In this document: piece by piece, positions 62,877-64,000 of the stretch
How positions within the stretch are numbered: position 1 is the first letter of the stretch
Layout of the letters: each line of letters begins with the position of its first letter
DNA from: Acidobacteriota bacterium
GTDB lineage: Bacteria; Acidobacteriota; Thermoanaerobaculia; Multivoradales; JAGPDF01
Length of the DNA stretch: 64,000 nt
Assembly: GCA_045862895.1 (NCBI GenBank)
Contig: BTUO01000007.1
Coordinates: 67,615 to 131,614 of the forward strand
Direction: 5' to 3'
Notes under the pieces: generated by a model
The model's input: the letters and a program-made list of their open reading frames with translations, nothing else
What the model was told of the DNA's origin: nothing
The model's database searches: none
Position numbers and translations under genes: made by a program

Positions 62877-64000
62877 GGTGGGCGGCCGGGAAGTATACTG
62901 GCGACCGGTCCGACCGAGCGGATCCGCCGAGCCCCTTGACGACCCCCGAGACCCGTTTCGATGCCGACGTCGCCGTGGCCGGCGGCGGTCCGGCGGGAGC
63001 CGCCGCCGCCATCACCCTGGCCCGGTGCGGGCGCCGCGTGATCCTGCTCGAGCGCGAGGCCTTCCCCCGCTTCCACATCGGCGAGTCGCTGCTCGCCGCC
63101 GCCCATCCGGCCTTCGACGCGCTCGGGGTGACCGACAAGGTGCGCGCGGCCGACTTCCCGGTCAAGTGGGGGGCACGCCTGCTGACCCACGAGGGGGCCT
63201 CGGGGCGCGACGTCAACTTCGCCAACTCGCGCGAAGTGCCGAAGCCGCAGACCTGGCAGGTCTGCCGCGAGAAGCTCGACCAGATCCTGCTCGATCACGC
63301 TCGCGACTCGGGGGCCGAGGTGCGCGAGCGCCGGCGGGTGACCACGGTCGAACTCGAGGCCGACGGCGTTCGCCTCCACGTCGCCGGCCCCGACGGCGCC
63401 GCCGAGACCGTGCGCGCCCGCGCCGTCGTCGACGCCACCGGCCGCGCCGGCCTGCTCTCGCGCCAGCTCGACCTGCGCGTCGACGAGCCGCTCCTCGCCA
63501 ATGTCGCGATCTACTCCCACTTCGAAGGGGTGCCGCAGCTGCCCGACGACCGGCCCGGCGACATCCGCATCGTCGCCCGCGCGGACGCCGGCTGGTTCTG
63601 GCTGATCCCGATCGACGGCCGTTTGACGAGCGTCGGCGTGGTGCTGCCGCGCGGGCTCTACGACCGGCTCGAGAAGGGGTCGCCGGAGGCGATGCTCGAG
63701 GCCTGCGTCGGCGACACACCGGCGGTCGCCGCGCTGATGGCGAGCGCGCGCCGCGCCTGGCCGGTGCGGGTCGAGAAGGACTATTCCTACGGCGCGCGCG
63801 CATACGCGGGAGACCGCTGGCTGTTGGCCGGCGACGCCGGCTCGTTCCTCGATCCGGTCTTTTCGAGCGGCGTCTCGATCGCGCTCGAGAGCGGCATCGA
63901 AGCCGGTCGCGAGCTCGACGCCGCGCTCACCGCGGGCGATCTCTCGGCGCGCCGCTTCCGCGGCTTCGACCGCGTCCAGCGCCGGCGCTTCGCGATCTTC
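62875..64000 (+). CDS. flavin-dependent halogenase-like FAD enzyme (PltA/Bmp2-type), 3'-truncated by window edge
   Basis: DVAVAGGGPAGAAAAITLARCG is the GxGxxG fold. FPRFHIGESLL is the halogenase-type FAD motif. GWFWLIPIDG is the WxWxIP motif. GDAGSFLDPVFSSGVSIALESG is also present. The start is either the ATG at 62875 or the GTG at 62878, overlapping the divergent ligase start (CATG). Confidence 0.7.
   Translation, partial: MVGGREVYWRPVRPSGSAEPLDDPRDPFRCRRRRGRRRSGGSRRRHHPGPVRAPRDPARARGLPPLPHRRVAARRRPSGLRRARGDRQGARGRLPGQVGGTPADPRGGLGARRQLRQLARSAEAADLAGLPREARPDPARSRSRLGGRGARAPAGDHGRTRGRRRSPPRRRPRRRRRDRARPRRRRRHRPRRPALAPARPARRRAAPRQCRDLLPLRRGAAAARRPARRHPHRRPRGRRLVLADPDRRPFDERRRGAAARALRPAREGVAGGDARGLRRRHTGGRRADGERAPRLAGAGREGLFLRRARIRGRPLAVGRRRRLVPRSGLFERRLDRARERHRSRSRARRRAHRGRSLGAPLPRLRPRPAPALRDL

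Noticed and set aside
62874-62877. Overlapping divergent start codons (CATG) of the ligase and second halogenase as a genuine feature
   Set aside because: It is more likely a start-codon mis-call on one side, since in-frame GTG/ATG alternatives exist. It is reported as uncertainty rather than as a biological overlap.
1-64000. tRNA/rRNA genes, CRISPR arrays, integrase/transposase genes
   Set aside because: No T-loop-like GGTTCGA(A/T)TCC segments were seen. There are no spaced identical short repeats. No recombinase-like ORF has plausible composition. The intergenic regions are all shorter than 310 bp.

Overview
This window is high-GC (about 70%) bacterial chromosome. No rRNA, tRNA or CRISPR is visible. 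Nearly every long plus-strand ORF in the supplied track is an Arg/Gly-rich antisense artefact of minus-strand genes.

The window reads as follows:
- 1-13.8 kb: four complete paralogous ELWxxDGT-repeat secreted proteins plus one 3'-truncated copy, all on the minus strand.
- 13.9-17.5 kb: a housekeeping-like block with a lipoprotein, a quinone oxidoreductase (MDR family), a ferritin-like protein and a 3-hydroxyacyl-CoA dehydrogenase. It ends in an odd 82-bp duplication of the dehydrogenase 3' end around a hairpin.
- 17.7-25 kb: a regulatory block. It holds a small protein plus a radical-SAM enzyme, a divergent ECF sigma factor, a Ser/Thr-kinase-AAA-TPR protein co-transcribed with a lasso-peptide-B2-like transglutaminase-fold protease, and a Tat-exported FAD oxidase.
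- 25-30.3 kb: a TonB-dependent receptor, an AbiEii-like nucleotidyltransferase-fold protein and a flavin-dependent halogenase.
- 30.3-32.6 kb: a lower-GC (about 50-60%) mobile patch carrying a ParE-family toxin with a TIGR02574-like antitoxin, a frameshifted RHS internal fragment, an RHS immunity gene and the variable RHS C-terminal toxin domain.
- 32-61 kb: the dominant feature, a translationally coupled minus-strand operon of four genes. These are a 204-aa secreted protein, a 5924-aa multidomain surface protein, a 3582-aa signal-peptide RHS/YD-repeat toxin and its immunity protein. I consider this the most likely candidate for a new giant-adhesin-linked RHS toxin delivery system.
- 61.5-64 kb (right edge): an ANL adenylating enzyme divergent from a second flavin-dependent halogenase, a natural-product-type pair.

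A GTGTCCC-containing motif recurs upstream of three genes (kinase, FAD oxidase, TonB-dependent receptor).
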